A DNA stretch of 63,025 nt, filler included. It is 5 parts of 5 records of this genome, joined end to end, with 100 filler letters (N's around TTAATTAATTAA, not from the genome) between each part and the next. Parts side by side here need not be neighbours in the genome. Positions count along the whole stretch, not along the records: positions 31,624 to 59,801 come from SRR20825010_1544; 4 more parts are not named here. The stretch is one strand, 5' to 3'. Positions 46,642 through 56,588 of the stretch are shown one piece after another. Both the position numbers and the translations under genes were made by a program. The notes under the pieces are model-generated. The model was not told the DNA's origin, ran no database searches, and saw nothing but the letters and a program-made list of their open reading frames with translations. Each line of letters opens with the position of its first letter. Position 1 is the first letter of the stretch.

Positions 46642-47561
46642 GCGAAAAAGTATTACTTGCAGTGGTTGGCCCCACGGGCATTGGAAAAACCGCTCTGGGA
46701 ATCCAACTGGCGAAACACTTCAACACCGAGATTGTTTCCGCAGATTCCAGACAGTTTTTCAAGGAGATGGAAATTGGGACCGCTGTTCCATCAAAAGAGG
46801 AGCTGGAACAGGCATCCCATCATTTTATTCAGCACAAAAGTATTTTTGAACCTTATTCTGTGGGTGACTTTGAGAAGGAAGCACTTTTCCTGCTGGAGGA
46901 TTTGTTCCAAAAAAAAGATGTGGTGGTTATGGTCGGCGGTAGCGGTCTTTACGTGGATGCTGTTATATCTGGCCTTGATGAATTCCCAGAGGTTGATCCC
47001 GAGATACGGTCCAAGTTAAACCAGCGTTTGGAAGATGAAGGTTTACAAAGTCTTCAAAAAGAATTAAAACAAAAAGACCCTGAATATTACAAAAGCGTGG
47101 ATTTAGAAAACCCACACAGGCTCATAAGGGCGTTGGAGGTATGCCAGGCATCGGGCAAACCTTTTTCCTCCTTTCTGGACAAACCAAGGGCAGCAAGGCC
47201 ATTCAAGTCTTTCTATATAGGCATTGATGCCCCTAGGGAAACCATCTACGAGCGAATAAACACCCGTGTTGACCTCATGATGGAAGCAGGCCTGTTGAGG
47301 GAAGCTGAAAACCTTTATGCAAATAAGGATCTGAATGCATTGCAAACAGTTGGTTACAAGGAACTTTTTGAATATATTGAGGGGAATTGTACTTTGGAAT
47401 TTGCCATTTCGGAAATCAAAAAGAATACAAGACGATTTGCAAAACGGCAACTGACTTGGCTGCGAAAGAATGAAACCATTTTGTGGGTACCTTATAATGC
47501 TGAACCAGAAGAGGTACTTAGAATGGTCACAGACCGACTTAAAACCAACCTTTATGCCTAA
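46638..47561 (+). CDS. miaA: tRNA dimethylallyltransferase
   Basis: GPTGIGKT, SADSRQ, VGGSGLY, TVGYKE, TRRFAKRQLTW; ATGA overlap with the channel gene. Confidence 0.97.
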   Translation: MSEKVLLAVVGPTGIGKTALGIQLAKHFNTEIVSADSRQFFKEMEIGTAVPSKEELEQASHHFIQHKSIFEPYSVGDFEKEALFLLEDLFQKKDVVVMVGGSGLYVDAVISGLDEFPEVDPEIRSKLNQRLEDEGLQSLQKELKQKDPEYYKSVDLENPHRLIRALEVCQASGKPFSSFLDKPRAARPFKSFYIGIDAPRETIYERINTRVDLMMEAGLLREAENLYANKDLNALQTVGYKELFEYIEGNCTLEFAISEIKKNTRRFAKRQLTWLRKNETILWVPYNAEPEEVLRMVTDRLKTNLYA

Positions 47562-48051
47562 CGGTAAAACTGTACTAATAGTTATGGGAGTGAGTGGTTC
47601 CGGTAAGACCGAAATTGGAAAACGACTTTCCAAAGAACTCTCAAGACCTTTTTTTGATGGTGATGACTTTCATCCTGAAGCGAACGTTAAAAAAATGAGC
47701 GCAGGCTCTCCATTGAATGATGAAGACCGAAAAGGATGGTTGGTTGCTCTAAATAAATTGGCCGTAGAACATAAAGACAAAGGTGCAATAATTGCTTGTT
47801 CGGCTTTAAAAAAGAACTATAGAAGCCTTTTGAGGGCCGGAATGGGAAATTGTATGGAATTTGTATATTTAGATGGTTCCTTTGAATTGATAAAGTCTCG
47901 ATTGGAACAAAGGAAAGGACATTTTATGCCCTTGAACTTGTTGAAATCCCAATTTGACACGCTGGAACCACCTTCCAAGGCGATAACGGTTTCCATAGAT
48001 GAAACTCCTGCCAAGGTTGTGAAAAGCATTATTAAAAGACTAAACGATTAA
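47554..48051 (+). CDS. gntK: Gluconokinase (GntK/IdnK type)
   Basis: MGVSGSGKT, DGDDFHP, PLNDEDR, ACSALK, GHFMP..LKSQFDTLEPP; start ATG 47554. Confidence 0.92.
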   Translation: MPNGKTVLIVMGVSGSGKTEIGKRLSKELSRPFFDGDDFHPEANVKKMSAGSPLNDEDRKGWLVALNKLAVEHKDKGAIIACSALKKNYRSLLRAGMGNCMEFVYLDGSFELIKSRLEQRKGHFMPLNLLKSQFDTLEPPSKAITVSIDETPAKVVKSIIKRLND

Positions 48052-48073
48052 AAATCCCCCGAATTTTCGGCAG

Positions 48074-48104
48074 AAAAAAAGCCACCTTTAAAGGTGGCTT
48101 TTTT
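48074..48104. terminator. Bidirectional terminator between gntK and rprY
   Basis: AAAAAAGCCACCTTT/AAAGGTGGCTTTTTT perfect palindrome between convergent genes. Confidence 0.9.
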
Positions 48105-48124
48105 ATACGATATGGGACATTGGT

Positions 48125-48841
48125 TTATTGCTCGTTTTCAGCTTTTACAACAAGCCTAAATCCTTCCCCGTGTATATTCAATATTTCAACTAGGTCATCT
48201 TTTTTCAGATATTTCCTCAGTTTGGCGATATAAACATCCATACTTCTGGAAGTAAAGTAATTGTCATCCCTCCAGATTTTGGTCAATGCCAGTTCTCTTG
48301 GCATTAAATCGTTTTCATGAAGCGCCAACAAACGTAATAGTTCATTTTCTTTTGGAGACAGTTTTATAGGTTCTTCTTCCTTATATTTCAAGAAGCGTAG
48401 TTTTGAGTTTAAATGGAAGTTTCCTATTTCAAATTCAAATTGTTTGCTATCCGCCAATGAGCCTGATGCTTTTCTTTGAAGAATCGCTTTTAGTTTCATT
48501 AGAAGCACTTCGGAATCAAAAGGTTTGTTCAAATAATCATCTGCACCTGCTTTGTACCCCTTTAAGACATCTTCCTTCATGGTCTTGGCCGTCAAAAAGA
48601 TAATAGGCACGTTCTCATTTTTTTCTCGAATTTCCTTTGCCAAGGTAAATCCATCTTTATAAGGCATCATTACGTCCAAAATACAAACATCATAATTGTC
48701 CTTTTTGAACTTTTCAAAACCTTCCATTCCGTTTTTGGCCAAAACAACATCAAAGTCGTTCATGGTTAAATAGTCCTTAAGGACAATTCCAAAATTGGGA
48801 TCGTCCTCTACCAATAGTATCTTTTTTTTCTCTGTTTCCAT
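48125..48841 (-). CDS. rprY: OmpR-family response regulator (RprY-like)
   Basis: LLVEDD, LDVMMP, ADDYLNKPF, IWRDDNYFTSRSMDVYIAKLRK. Confidence 0.88.
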   Translation of the reverse strand: METEKKKILLVEDDPNFGIVLKDYLTMNDFDVVLAKNGMEGFEKFKKDNYDVCILDVMMPYKDGFTLAKEIREKNENVPIIFLTAKTMKEDVLKGYKAGADDYLNKPFDSEVLLMKLKAILQRKASGSLADSKQFEFEIGNFHLNSKLRFLKYKEEEPIKLSPKENELLRLLALHENDLMPRELALTKIWRDDNYFTSRSMDVYIAKLRKYLKKDDLVEILNIHGEGFRLVVKAENEQ

Positions 48842-48850
48842 AGTTCGTTT

Positions 48851-50437
48851 TTAAATTAAAGGGAGTTTTATAAAAAAGGTACTTCCTTTTCCCTTTTCGC
48901 TTTCTGCATAAACCTCGCCCTGATGATCATCTATAATTCGTTTTACGTAGGCCAATCCTAATCCATGGCCTTTAACGTTATGTATGTCGCCGGTATGTTC
49001 CCGGTAAAATTTTTCAAATACTTTTTTCAGGACCGCTTTGCTCATTCCAGCACCATGGTCCTGTACTTTAATAATGATGCTATTTTTTACCACTTCGGTA
49101 TACACATCTATTTTAGGTGTTTCCGGGGAATACTTTACGGCATTGTCCAAAATATTTACCACCACATTGGTCATGTGCATATCATTGGCCAATACTTCAG
49201 AACGTTCGGCATCAAGATGGGCATTTACATAGCCGCCCCTATCCTGGACAATAAGCTCTATATGTGCAATGGCATCTGTAATAATATCGTGCATATTTAC
49301 ACGGTCTTTACTAATGTCCAATTGATTTTTCTCCAATTTGGATATCCTCAGTACGTTTTCCACCTGCGCGTGCATACGTTTATTCTCATCACGAATCATG
49401 CCTAGATAACGCAACACCTTTTCCTTATCCTCTATGGATTTCGGATTTCGGATAGCTTCCACTGCCAAATTAATGGTCGCTATGGGCGTTTTGAACTCGT
49501 GTGTCATATTATTGATGAAATCTGACTTGATTTCTGAAATACGTTTTTGCTTTATTAGCTGGTAAATTGCACTGGAATAGGCCAACATTATTACTAAAGT
49601 GAACACCAAGGATAACAGGGCCATTCCCATCACTGAGCTGAAAATGTATTTTTTCATGCTTGGAAACGTGAGCAACAGGGAGAAATTTGACCTCCCTTCA
49701 CTATCCTTAAAAATAGGTGCCTTGTACATTTTGGTGCCAGAAAACTTGAACTTTCTGGAGCGCACCTTGGTAGGGTAACCTTGACTGTACACCCCATATT
49801 CATAATCGGTGTCAATATTCCGGTTACTCAACTCTTGACTGAGCAACAATTCCAGTTCTTGTTTGGACACCCTTTTATGAATCGGCTTTGCTTTGGCCGC
49901 CTCCATAAAAACATCTTCCCAAGCCGCTTTGTCAATACTGCTCAATCCACCAATTTTCTCCGCGCGTTGTATGGGAGTCAAGCTATAACTCTTTCCATCC
50001 AGTCCATATTCTTCTTTGAACACGGCCTTAGTACGCTTGCTGGTGAAATTTTTAATTGTGGTCGTATCCTCATTACCACCTGTATTAATATCAAAGAACG
50101 CAGAGGTTATATTGTAATCTTCTTCAAGAATTCCGTGTGAATAAAATAGAATTTCATCGGAATTCAAATCCCGATCCACGAACAAAAAATTCTTGTACTG
50201 CGTGCTCTTGGGCTCGCCAATACTGTCTGCAAGAGATGCTAAACGATCGGAGTATTCCTTCATCTCGCGCTTCTCCACCCTACTCGCCACTTTATCCAGA
50301 ATGTCCGTAACTGTCCTCGAGAATTGTTCTTCTTTGTCGTTTACGGATGTTCTGATCCAGTAAACCTGCACAAAAATTATCCCCAAAAGAGATAAGCTCA
50401 TAAGAACAACCAGAAGAACGAATAGCTTCTTGTTCAT
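48851..50437 (-). CDS. rprX: Sensor histidine kinase (RprX-like)
   Basis: Two TMs, NNMTHEFKTP, NILDNAVKY, GHGLGLAYV. Confidence 0.85.
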   Translation of the reverse strand: MNKKLFVLLVVLMSLSLLGIIFVQVYWIRTSVNDKEEQFSRTVTDILDKVASRVEKREMKEYSDRLASLADSIGEPKSTQYKNFLFVDRDLNSDEILFYSHGILEEDYNITSAFFDINTGGNEDTTTIKNFTSKRTKAVFKEEYGLDGKSYSLTPIQRAEKIGGLSSIDKAAWEDVFMEAAKAKPIHKRVSKQELELLLSQELSNRNIDTDYEYGVYSQGYPTKVRSRKFKFSGTKMYKAPIFKDSEGRSNFSLLLTFPSMKKYIFSSVMGMALLSLVFTLVIMLAYSSAIYQLIKQKRISEIKSDFINNMTHEFKTPIATINLAVEAIRNPKSIEDKEKVLRYLGMIRDENKRMHAQVENVLRISKLEKNQLDISKDRVNMHDIITDAIAHIELIVQDRGGYVNAHLDAERSEVLANDMHMTNVVVNILDNAVKYSPETPKIDVYTEVVKNSIIIKVQDHGAGMSKAVLKKVFEKFYREHTGDIHNVKGHGLGLAYVKRIIDDHQGEVYAESEKGKGSTFFIKLPLI

Positions 50438-50455
50438 TAGTGTAAAATTAAAAAT

Positions 50456-50505
50456 TTAACATTTAGTAATTTTAGCGTTTAACCAAAACTTAACATAAAT
50501 GTTAA
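50456..50505. promoter_or_regulatory. TTAAC direct repeats / TTAACAT-AA-ATGTTAA palindrome upstream of rprX
   Basis: TTAAC at 50456, 50479 and 50490; palindrome 50490-50505. Confidence 0.45.
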
Positions 50506-51095
50506 AATTTGGGTGCTGTCGCTAATAGTTTGAGGTGTAGTTCCTTAACCTTTTCTTTGGTTTTGTCCAAGTTCAGGTTTTCTATAACGTAATGGGCCAA
50601 TTTCTTTTTTTGCCCGTCTTCCAATTGGTTATGTATGCGGTCTTTTATTGCTTGTTCGTTCGTGCCATCCCTGCGAACAACCCTGTTTATCCTGATGTCC
50701 TCTGGCGCAGTTACAAGTATGGTGCAATCATATTTATCTTGTACTTGGTTCTCAAAAATCAATGCGGTTTCTTGGATAATGTAAGGTGATTCTTGGCTTT
50801 TGGCCCACTCTAAAAAGTGCTCCCTGACCGCTGGATGAACAATTCCGTTAAGTTTTTCGAGCAAATCGGAATCCTTAAAGACTTTATCCGCTATGTATAC
50901 CCTGTTAAGACCTTTGCTATTATAAGCCCCATCTCCCAACAATTTTATAATTGCCTTTTTAATTTCCTTGGAAGTTATCATCAAGTCCTTGGCCTCCTTG
51001 TCAGAATCATACACCGGAATCCCTAAGTCCAAGAACATTTTTGCTACGGTACTCTTTCCACTTCCAATTCCCCCTGTAAGCCCTACTATCATCAT
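50502..51095 (-). CDS. coaE: Dephospho-CoA kinase
   Basis: GLTGGIGSGKST, YDSD, IVHPAV. Confidence 0.96.
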   Translation of the reverse strand: MMIVGLTGGIGSGKSTVAKMFLDLGIPVYDSDKEAKDLMITSKEIKKAIIKLLGDGAYNSKGLNRVYIADKVFKDSDLLEKLNGIVHPAVREHFLEWAKSQESPYIIQETALIFENQVQDKYDCTILVTAPEDIRINRVVRRDGTNEQAIKDRIHNQLEDGQKKKLAHYVIENLNLDKTKEKVKELHLKLLATAPKF

Positions 51096-52048
51096 TGCTG
51101 TTCCAAAACAAAATTTACGGTCCTTTTTTCCAACTTTACGTCGTATACTTTTTGAGGGCTCTCTGTAATTTCCAAAAACAATTTGCTGCTCTCAGAGCCA
51201 TCCAACTGACCATAATCCGCCACAACCTCAAAGTCCGACGCAGATATCTCTTTCAAACGTTCTATCGTGGCCTTGCAAAGAATGGTAACCGTGTTGGGAA
51301 ATGTTTTTACTTGGTAACCTTCAGGAATATTGCGCACCTGAACCGAAACTTCAAAAACTTTTTCCGAGAATTTGGACACCTTGCCAAAAACCGTTGCACG
51401 CCCCACAGAGAATATACTATTGTCCAGCCCTTTCGGGAAAAGCAATGAGACATCGCTAGAAAAATCTTCACTGACATGGCTGAGTTGTACAGGTGAGGTT
51501 TTAATAACCTTTATGGTATCTATTTCACTTTTTGGTCCTTTCACCACAACTGAATCAGGAGATATGTTAACCTTTCCGTCCAATATATAATTTTGTTGGA
51601 GTTGAAGGTTCAGGTTCGCCTGAATAGGTATCTTCCTGGAGTCTACTTTGTATAGATCCACACCCAACACGTTCGGGTCCAAATCCAACAAGGATATGTT
51701 TTGAGACAGCTGTTGGTCCATCTGTCGAATCAAGACCTGCTCGTCAAGAACATATTTCCCATCTTGGTACGTTACTTGGGATACATCAATATCTACTCGA
51801 CTTCTAAAAATCTTATAGTACAAAAATTGAAACCCACTTGTTCTGAGTTTTGCTTCAATCTGATTGTTTGAGTTCTCCCCCAACAGCAAAGAATCGGGAA
51901 GATTACGGTAATTTAAGGTAAAATAAGCCCTGGATTCATAAGTTTCAGACAAATTACTGATAAACCATGCGAAAAAAGAGCATATCAGAAATAGCAAAAA
52001 TACTTTCGCTTTCTTCTGATTAAGACCGTGCAATACCTTTTTAAACAC
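51092..52048 (-). CDS. YbbR/CdaR-like domain membrane protein
   Basis: N-terminal TM (FLLFLICSFFAW), PDSVVVKGP, TFPNTVT; conserved position between GT2 and coaE. Confidence 0.75.
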   Translation of the reverse strand: MFKKVLHGLNQKKAKVFLLFLICSFFAWFISNLSETYESRAYFTLNYRNLPDSLLLGENSNNQIEAKLRTSGFQFLYYKIFRSRVDIDVSQVTYQDGKYVLDEQVLIRQMDQQLSQNISLLDLDPNVLGVDLYKVDSRKIPIQANLNLQLQQNYILDGKVNISPDSVVVKGPKSEIDTIKVIKTSPVQLSHVSEDFSSDVSLLFPKGLDNSIFSVGRATVFGKVSKFSEKVFEVSVQVRNIPEGYQVKTFPNTVTILCKATIERLKEISASDFEVVADYGQLDGSESSKLFLEITESPQKVYDVKLEKRTVNFVLEQQ

Positions 52049-52049
52049 T

Positions 52050-53057
52050 TTACTTCTTCTTGAAAAATAGTTTTGGAAACAACTCCTCTGGCTTCTTATT
52101 ACTAAAGTTAAGCAACATTGTGGACTTGAAAAAACCTATTCCATATCCCGTAAACTGAATCATAAGGGCAAAAATGGACAACAAGGCGACAATGAGGCTT
52201 TTACTCTTTATTAAGGCGTCCAAAAATAGTACCAAAAAATAGAACGCATAGAGCATCAAGGGCAGTCCTAGCCCTACAAAAAACAAGGCAAGGGCTACTA
52301 TGAGACCCAACATGAATAAAGTCGGAAACCAGTATGTCGGCTTCGCCGTTCCAGGGTGCCACTTGTTGAGTATGGGGCGGACCATCCCAAATTTATTGAC
52401 TTGAATATAAAACTTGTTCCAATCGATACGTCTTTTATGGTACACAAATGCCTCGGGGAACAATCTAGTTTCAAAACCCGCTTTCCATATGCGAAAAGTC
52501 AGGTCCGGATCTTCCCCAGGATGTATTCGGCCGAAACCTCCCGCCTTTTCAAATGCTTCTTTGGATATCCCCATATTAAAACTACGGGGCTGAAATTTAC
52601 CTACGCCCTTTTTTCCTCCGCGGATACCTCCGGTGGTCAAAAAAGATGTCATTACATAATTGATGGCTTTCTGAATGGTGGTGAAAGAATCGTCCGCAGC
52701 ATCCGGCCCTCCAAAACAGTGTACAAACTCCCTTGTTAGCTCCTTGTCCACTTCGGACAAATATTGCTTAGGGAGGATGCAGTCCGAATCCAGAATGATG
52801 AAATAATTTCCTTTGGCGTGTTGCATTCCAAAATTTCTGGAATCCCCCGGGCCTGAGTTTTCCTTGAAGTAGTAGGAAATGTTCAACTTGCCCTGAAACC
52901 TGTTTACCACTTCTTCCGAACTTTGTGAAGACCCGTCCTCAACAATAACCACCTCAAAATCTTTCTGGAAGTCTTGTTCTTGAAGACTTTCCAGAAGTTC
53001 CCTAATTTCTTCGGGCCGGTTGTACACCGGTACCACTATGGAAAAAAATGTATTCAT
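52050..53057 (-). CDS. Glycosyltransferase family 2
   Basis: SIVVPVYNR, VEDGS, LDSDC, GEDPDL; C-terminal TMs; start MNTFFS at 53057. Confidence 0.92.
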   Translation of the reverse strand: MNTFFSIVVPVYNRPEEIRELLESLQEQDFQKDFEVVIVEDGSSQSSEEVVNRFQGKLNISYYFKENSGPGDSRNFGMQHAKGNYFIILDSDCILPKQYLSEVDKELTREFVHCFGGPDAADDSFTTIQKAINYVMTSFLTTGGIRGGKKGVGKFQPRSFNMGISKEAFEKAGGFGRIHPGEDPDLTFRIWKAGFETRLFPEAFVYHKRRIDWNKFYIQVNKFGMVRPILNKWHPGTAKPTYWFPTLFMLGLIVALALFFVGLGLPLMLYAFYFLVLFLDALIKSKSLIVALLSIFALMIQFTGYGIGFFKSTMLLNFSNKKPEELFPKLFFKKK

Positions 53058-53060
53058 CTC

Positions 53061-53093
53061 AAACAGAAAAGCCACCCTAAAAAGAGTGGCTTC
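53061..53093 (-). terminator. Probable terminator/attenuator hairpin after fabI
   Basis: Minus strand AAGCCACTCT-loop-AGGGTGGCTT followed by TTCTGTTT. Confidence 0.65.
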
Positions 53094-53112
53094 CCATATA
53101 TTTTTTTAAGGT

Positions 53113-53925
53113 TTATTTCGAAAACTCATCGATTACTTCTTGACTTACCCCGGTATTGGAGAAACCACCATCGTGGAACAAGTTCTGCATGGTCACTTTT
53201 TTGGTCAAATCGGAGAAAAGTGATACCGTATAGTTGGCGCAATCATCTGCGGTGGCGTTGCCCAATGGCGACATTTTTTCCGCGTAGTTGATGAATCCAT
53301 CAAACCCTTTAACACCTTGCCCGGCAGTGGTCGGGGTCGGAGATTGGGAAATTGTGTTCACTCTTACCTTGTGTTCTTTTCCAAAGAAATAACCAAAGCT
53401 TCTTGCCACGGACTCCAAATAGGCCTTGTTGTCCGCCATATCATTATAATCCGGAAATGTTCTTTGTGCTGCCATATAGGTCAAGGCGACTATACTTCCC
53501 CATTGGTTCATCGCTTCTGCTTTGTATAGGGACTGCATAACTTTATGGAAAGATAATGCCGATACGTCCCAGCCTTTTTCCGTAAAGCTATAGTTTTCAT
53601 CCGTGTAATGTCTTCCTTTTCTAACGTTTACGGACATTCCGATGGAATGGAGCACAAAATCCAGTTTTCCTCCCAAAATCTCCATGGATTTCTCCACCAA
53701 GTTTTTCAAGTCCTCCTCGTTAGTGGCATCTGCGGGAATAATTTCTGAATTGGTCTTTTCCGCCAGTTCATTGATTTGACCCATTCGCATGGCGATGGGT
53801 GCGTTCGTCAGAACAAACTCGCCACCTTCTTGGTGAACGCGTTCAGCAGTTTTCCAAGCAATGGAGTTTGGGTCCAATGCACCAAAAATGATTCCTTTTT
53901 TACCTTTTAAAAGATTGTATGCCAT
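53113..53925 (-). CDS. fabI: Enoyl-ACP reductase
   Basis: GIIFGAL..NSIAW, LHSIG, Y.DMADNKAYLE, VNTISQSP, HDGG. Confidence 0.93.
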   Translation of the reverse strand: MAYNLLKGKKGIIFGALDPNSIAWKTAERVHQEGGEFVLTNAPIAMRMGQINELAEKTNSEIIPADATNEEDLKNLVEKSMEILGGKLDFVLHSIGMSVNVRKGRHYTDENYSFTEKGWDVSALSFHKVMQSLYKAEAMNQWGSIVALTYMAAQRTFPDYNDMADNKAYLESVARSFGYFFGKEHKVRVNTISQSPTPTTAGQGVKGFDGFINYAEKMSPLGNATADDCANYTVSLFSDLTKKVTMQNLFHDGGFSNTGVSQEVIDEFSK

Positions 53926-53998
53926 AGTTTATTGCTATTGTTGATTGTGTCACAAAGATATTTAAACTATTTGAAGTTTGGGAAGCAGCTTTGTGGTT

Positions 53999-55651
53999 TT
54001 ATTGTAACAGCTCCCTGGCATGCGCCAAAGCGGATTCTGACAATGACTTGCCGCCCAACATTTCCGCTAACTCCCTCACACGTTCGTCAGTAGTCAATTG
54101 TTTAATGTGCGTACTCGTGCCTTCCGCTCCCTCTTCCTTATAAACTTTGAACTGATACTTTCCTTTTGAGGCCACCTGCGGCAAATGCGTAATGGAAAAC
54201 ACCTGCATGGTACTGCTCATCTGTTGCATGATTTCGCCCATGCGGTTGGATATTTCACCGGAAACCCCGGTGTCTATTTCATCGAACATCATGGTCGGCA
54301 GGTTTTCATATTCCGCCAAAATGGATTTAATTGTGAGCATAATTCGGGAAAGTTCACCTCCAGATGCCACTTTTTTAAGTTCTCCGTAATTGGAGCCCTT
54401 GTTTGCCGAAAACAAGAACACCAAATCATCTTTACCGTTGGTCTTGAATGATTTAGATGGACTTACCTCTATATTAAATGTCGCTGCCGACATTCCCAAA
54501 GATGATAGGTTGGCTTGAAGTCTTTCATTCAATTTGGGGATGACAGCCTTTCTGCCCTCACTTATTTTTTTGGCCCAAGAGTCTACCTTTTTGGTGATAG
54601 TGTCAACCTCCTGTTGTTTTTCTTTGATTTTGGATTCAATATTGGCAACCGCATCTACCTTTTGCGCCAATTCCTCTCGAATGGCGATTAAATCCGTAAC
54701 GGAATCCGTATGGTGTTTTTTTTGAAGGTCGTAGAGTTGCTGTAATTTCCCATTGACCACTTCCAAACGTTCAGGATCAGCCTCCACACCTTCCTGCATT
54801 TGCTCCAGTTCGGATGCAATATCATCGGTTTCAATCAAAACTGATTGGATTCTATCGTACAAAGATTTATAGTCAGCCCCGAAATCAGTCAAGCCCTGGA
54901 ATGCGCGTTTTAAATCAGTAAGTCGGCCTACAATACCCAATTGCTCGTCATTCAACAACTGATGCCCGGCGGACAACTGTTCCATAATCTGCTCGACGTT
55001 GCTCAATTGCTCATACTCTTCTTCGAGTTCTTCCTGCATGCCTTCCTTGAGCTTGGCATCTTCCAGTTCCTTCAACAAAAAACTATTGTAATCGTGTTCT
55101 TTATCTGCATCAGCCTGGAAATCTTCCAACTTTTGAAGCTCTTTGGACGCTGTCCGCAGCTTTTCAAGCTCCTCCGTATATTCCGTAAGATTCTCCGAGT
55201 TATCGGCCAATGCATCCAACACTTTCATCTGAAAATCGTTGTCGGTGAGCTGCATGGTCTGATGTTGCGAGTGCACATCCACCAATTGGTCGCCCAAGGC
55301 ACGCATTACATCCAAAGTAACAGGGGAATCGTTTACAAATGCCCTCGATTTACCACTTGGCAAAATTTCCCTCCGCAAAATAGTAGTGTCCTCGTAATCC
55401 AGTTCGTTTTCTTCAAAAAAGGGCTGGAGCTGATATTTGGAAACATCGAACTCGGCCTCTATCACACATTTTTGTGCTGTGTTTTTTAACGACGATAAAT
55501 CGGCTCGTTTTCCCAAAACCATGGAAAGTCCGCCCAATAGTATGGATTTTCCAGCGCCGGTTTCACCCGTTATGGTAGTGAATCCGTTGGAAAAAGACAC
55601 ACTTACGTCATCAATGAGTGCATAATTTTGGATGGATAGATTTGCTAGCAA
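53999..55651 (-). CDS. recN: DNA repair protein RecN
   Basis: TGETGAGKS, HSQH, ASGGELSR, FDEIDTGVSG, ITHLPQVA. Confidence 0.97.
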   Translation of the reverse strand: MLANLSIQNYALIDDVSVSFSNGFTTITGETGAGKSILLGGLSMVLGKRADLSSLKNTAQKCVIEAEFDVSKYQLQPFFEENELDYEDTTILRREILPSGKSRAFVNDSPVTLDVMRALGDQLVDVHSQHQTMQLTDNDFQMKVLDALADNSENLTEYTEELEKLRTASKELQKLEDFQADADKEHDYNSFLLKELEDAKLKEGMQEELEEEYEQLSNVEQIMEQLSAGHQLLNDEQLGIVGRLTDLKRAFQGLTDFGADYKSLYDRIQSVLIETDDIASELEQMQEGVEADPERLEVVNGKLQQLYDLQKKHHTDSVTDLIAIREELAQKVDAVANIESKIKEKQQEVDTITKKVDSWAKKISEGRKAVIPKLNERLQANLSSLGMSAATFNIEVSPSKSFKTNGKDDLVFLFSANKGSNYGELKKVASGGELSRIMLTIKSILAEYENLPTMMFDEIDTGVSGEISNRMGEIMQQMSSTMQVFSITHLPQVASKGKYQFKVYKEEGAEGTSTHIKQLTTDERVRELAEMLGGKSLSESALAHARELLQ

Positions 55652-55697
55652 TATTGAAGAATTTACCCGTAAAGATAAATTTCTTTGGAGAACTGCA

Positions 55698-56588
55698 CTA
55701 GTAATTTATTTCATTCCATGTGCTGGAATAAAATGGAGCCACTTTGTTTAAGGTTTCCTTGAGTTTTACAATGTCCACCTTGGGGCCGTCAGAGAAGATA
55801 TTCTGGATTTCTTCAGACTTGGCATCGAAAAAGGTCTGAATCAGGAAAGCATTGGGCCTGCGACTAATGAGTGTTTCGAACAAACGAAGGCTTCCCGCAA
55901 TAATTTGCTTGCCCGTGCTATTGTTGTCTGCCAATATATCGAGCCCTTTTCTATGGTAGTTGTACATGGCAATCCTGTATTCCCTGAACGAGTTGCTCAA
56001 TAAGTTATCAACCAATTCAAAACGGCTTCGGTCTCCCGTTTCTTGGCTCCAGCCGGCGTAACCGGAACTTTGGGCCTGGGTGACAATATTCTGGGCCTGA
56101 CGGTAAAAATCGTTGCCTCCTTCCAATGAAAATGTATCGGCATCCAATCCCAACATAATGTAGACGTAGTAGGAAATCACCCCTACCAAATTGGAATCAA
56201 AATTGTTTGGGTTGTAGACCAAAGGCTGGAACTCCTGATATTGAAAGTTAAACGAATTGTCCTTATAGTTGAATACCGGACTTTCGTACGTAGTATTAAA
56301 AACCGGTCGCGTGGATTGTATCTGAATATTGGCTTCAAAACGGTCCGATTCGTACTGGGTTACCGTAATGAACATCCGTGCATTGACTCGCTCATTTTCA
56401 CGATAAGTCCTGTTGGTCCATTTCGTCTTGTTCACGAAATCGTTCAGCGAACGCTCCAAAGTCCTAAAAATCTGTTGATTGGTCTGCCCCACTTGGTCCG
56501 AGTTAACGGTTACGGAGCAACTCAGCTCTTGTGCAGAAGTTCCGATGGTCACCAACAATAAGAAAACAGAAAAAACTATGTTACGCAT
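55698..56588 (-). CDS. DUF4835 family protein (T9SS-associated PorD-like)
   Basis: Signal peptide, AQELSC.VTVN, RPVFNTTY, YHRKGLD, FFDAKSEEI; conserved coaBC-DUF4835-recN order. Confidence 0.8.
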   Translation of the reverse strand: MRNIVFSVFLLLVTIGTSAQELSCSVTVNSDQVGQTNQQIFRTLERSLNDFVNKTKWTNRTYRENERVNARMFITVTQYESDRFEANIQIQSTRPVFNTTYESPVFNYKDNSFNFQYQEFQPLVYNPNNFDSNLVGVISYYVYIMLGLDADTFSLEGGNDFYRQAQNIVTQAQSSGYAGWSQETGDRSRFELVDNLLSNSFREYRIAMYNYHRKGLDILADNNSTGKQIIAGSLRLFETLISRRPNAFLIQTFFDAKSEEIQNIFSDGPKVDIVKLKETLNKVAPFYSSTWNEINY

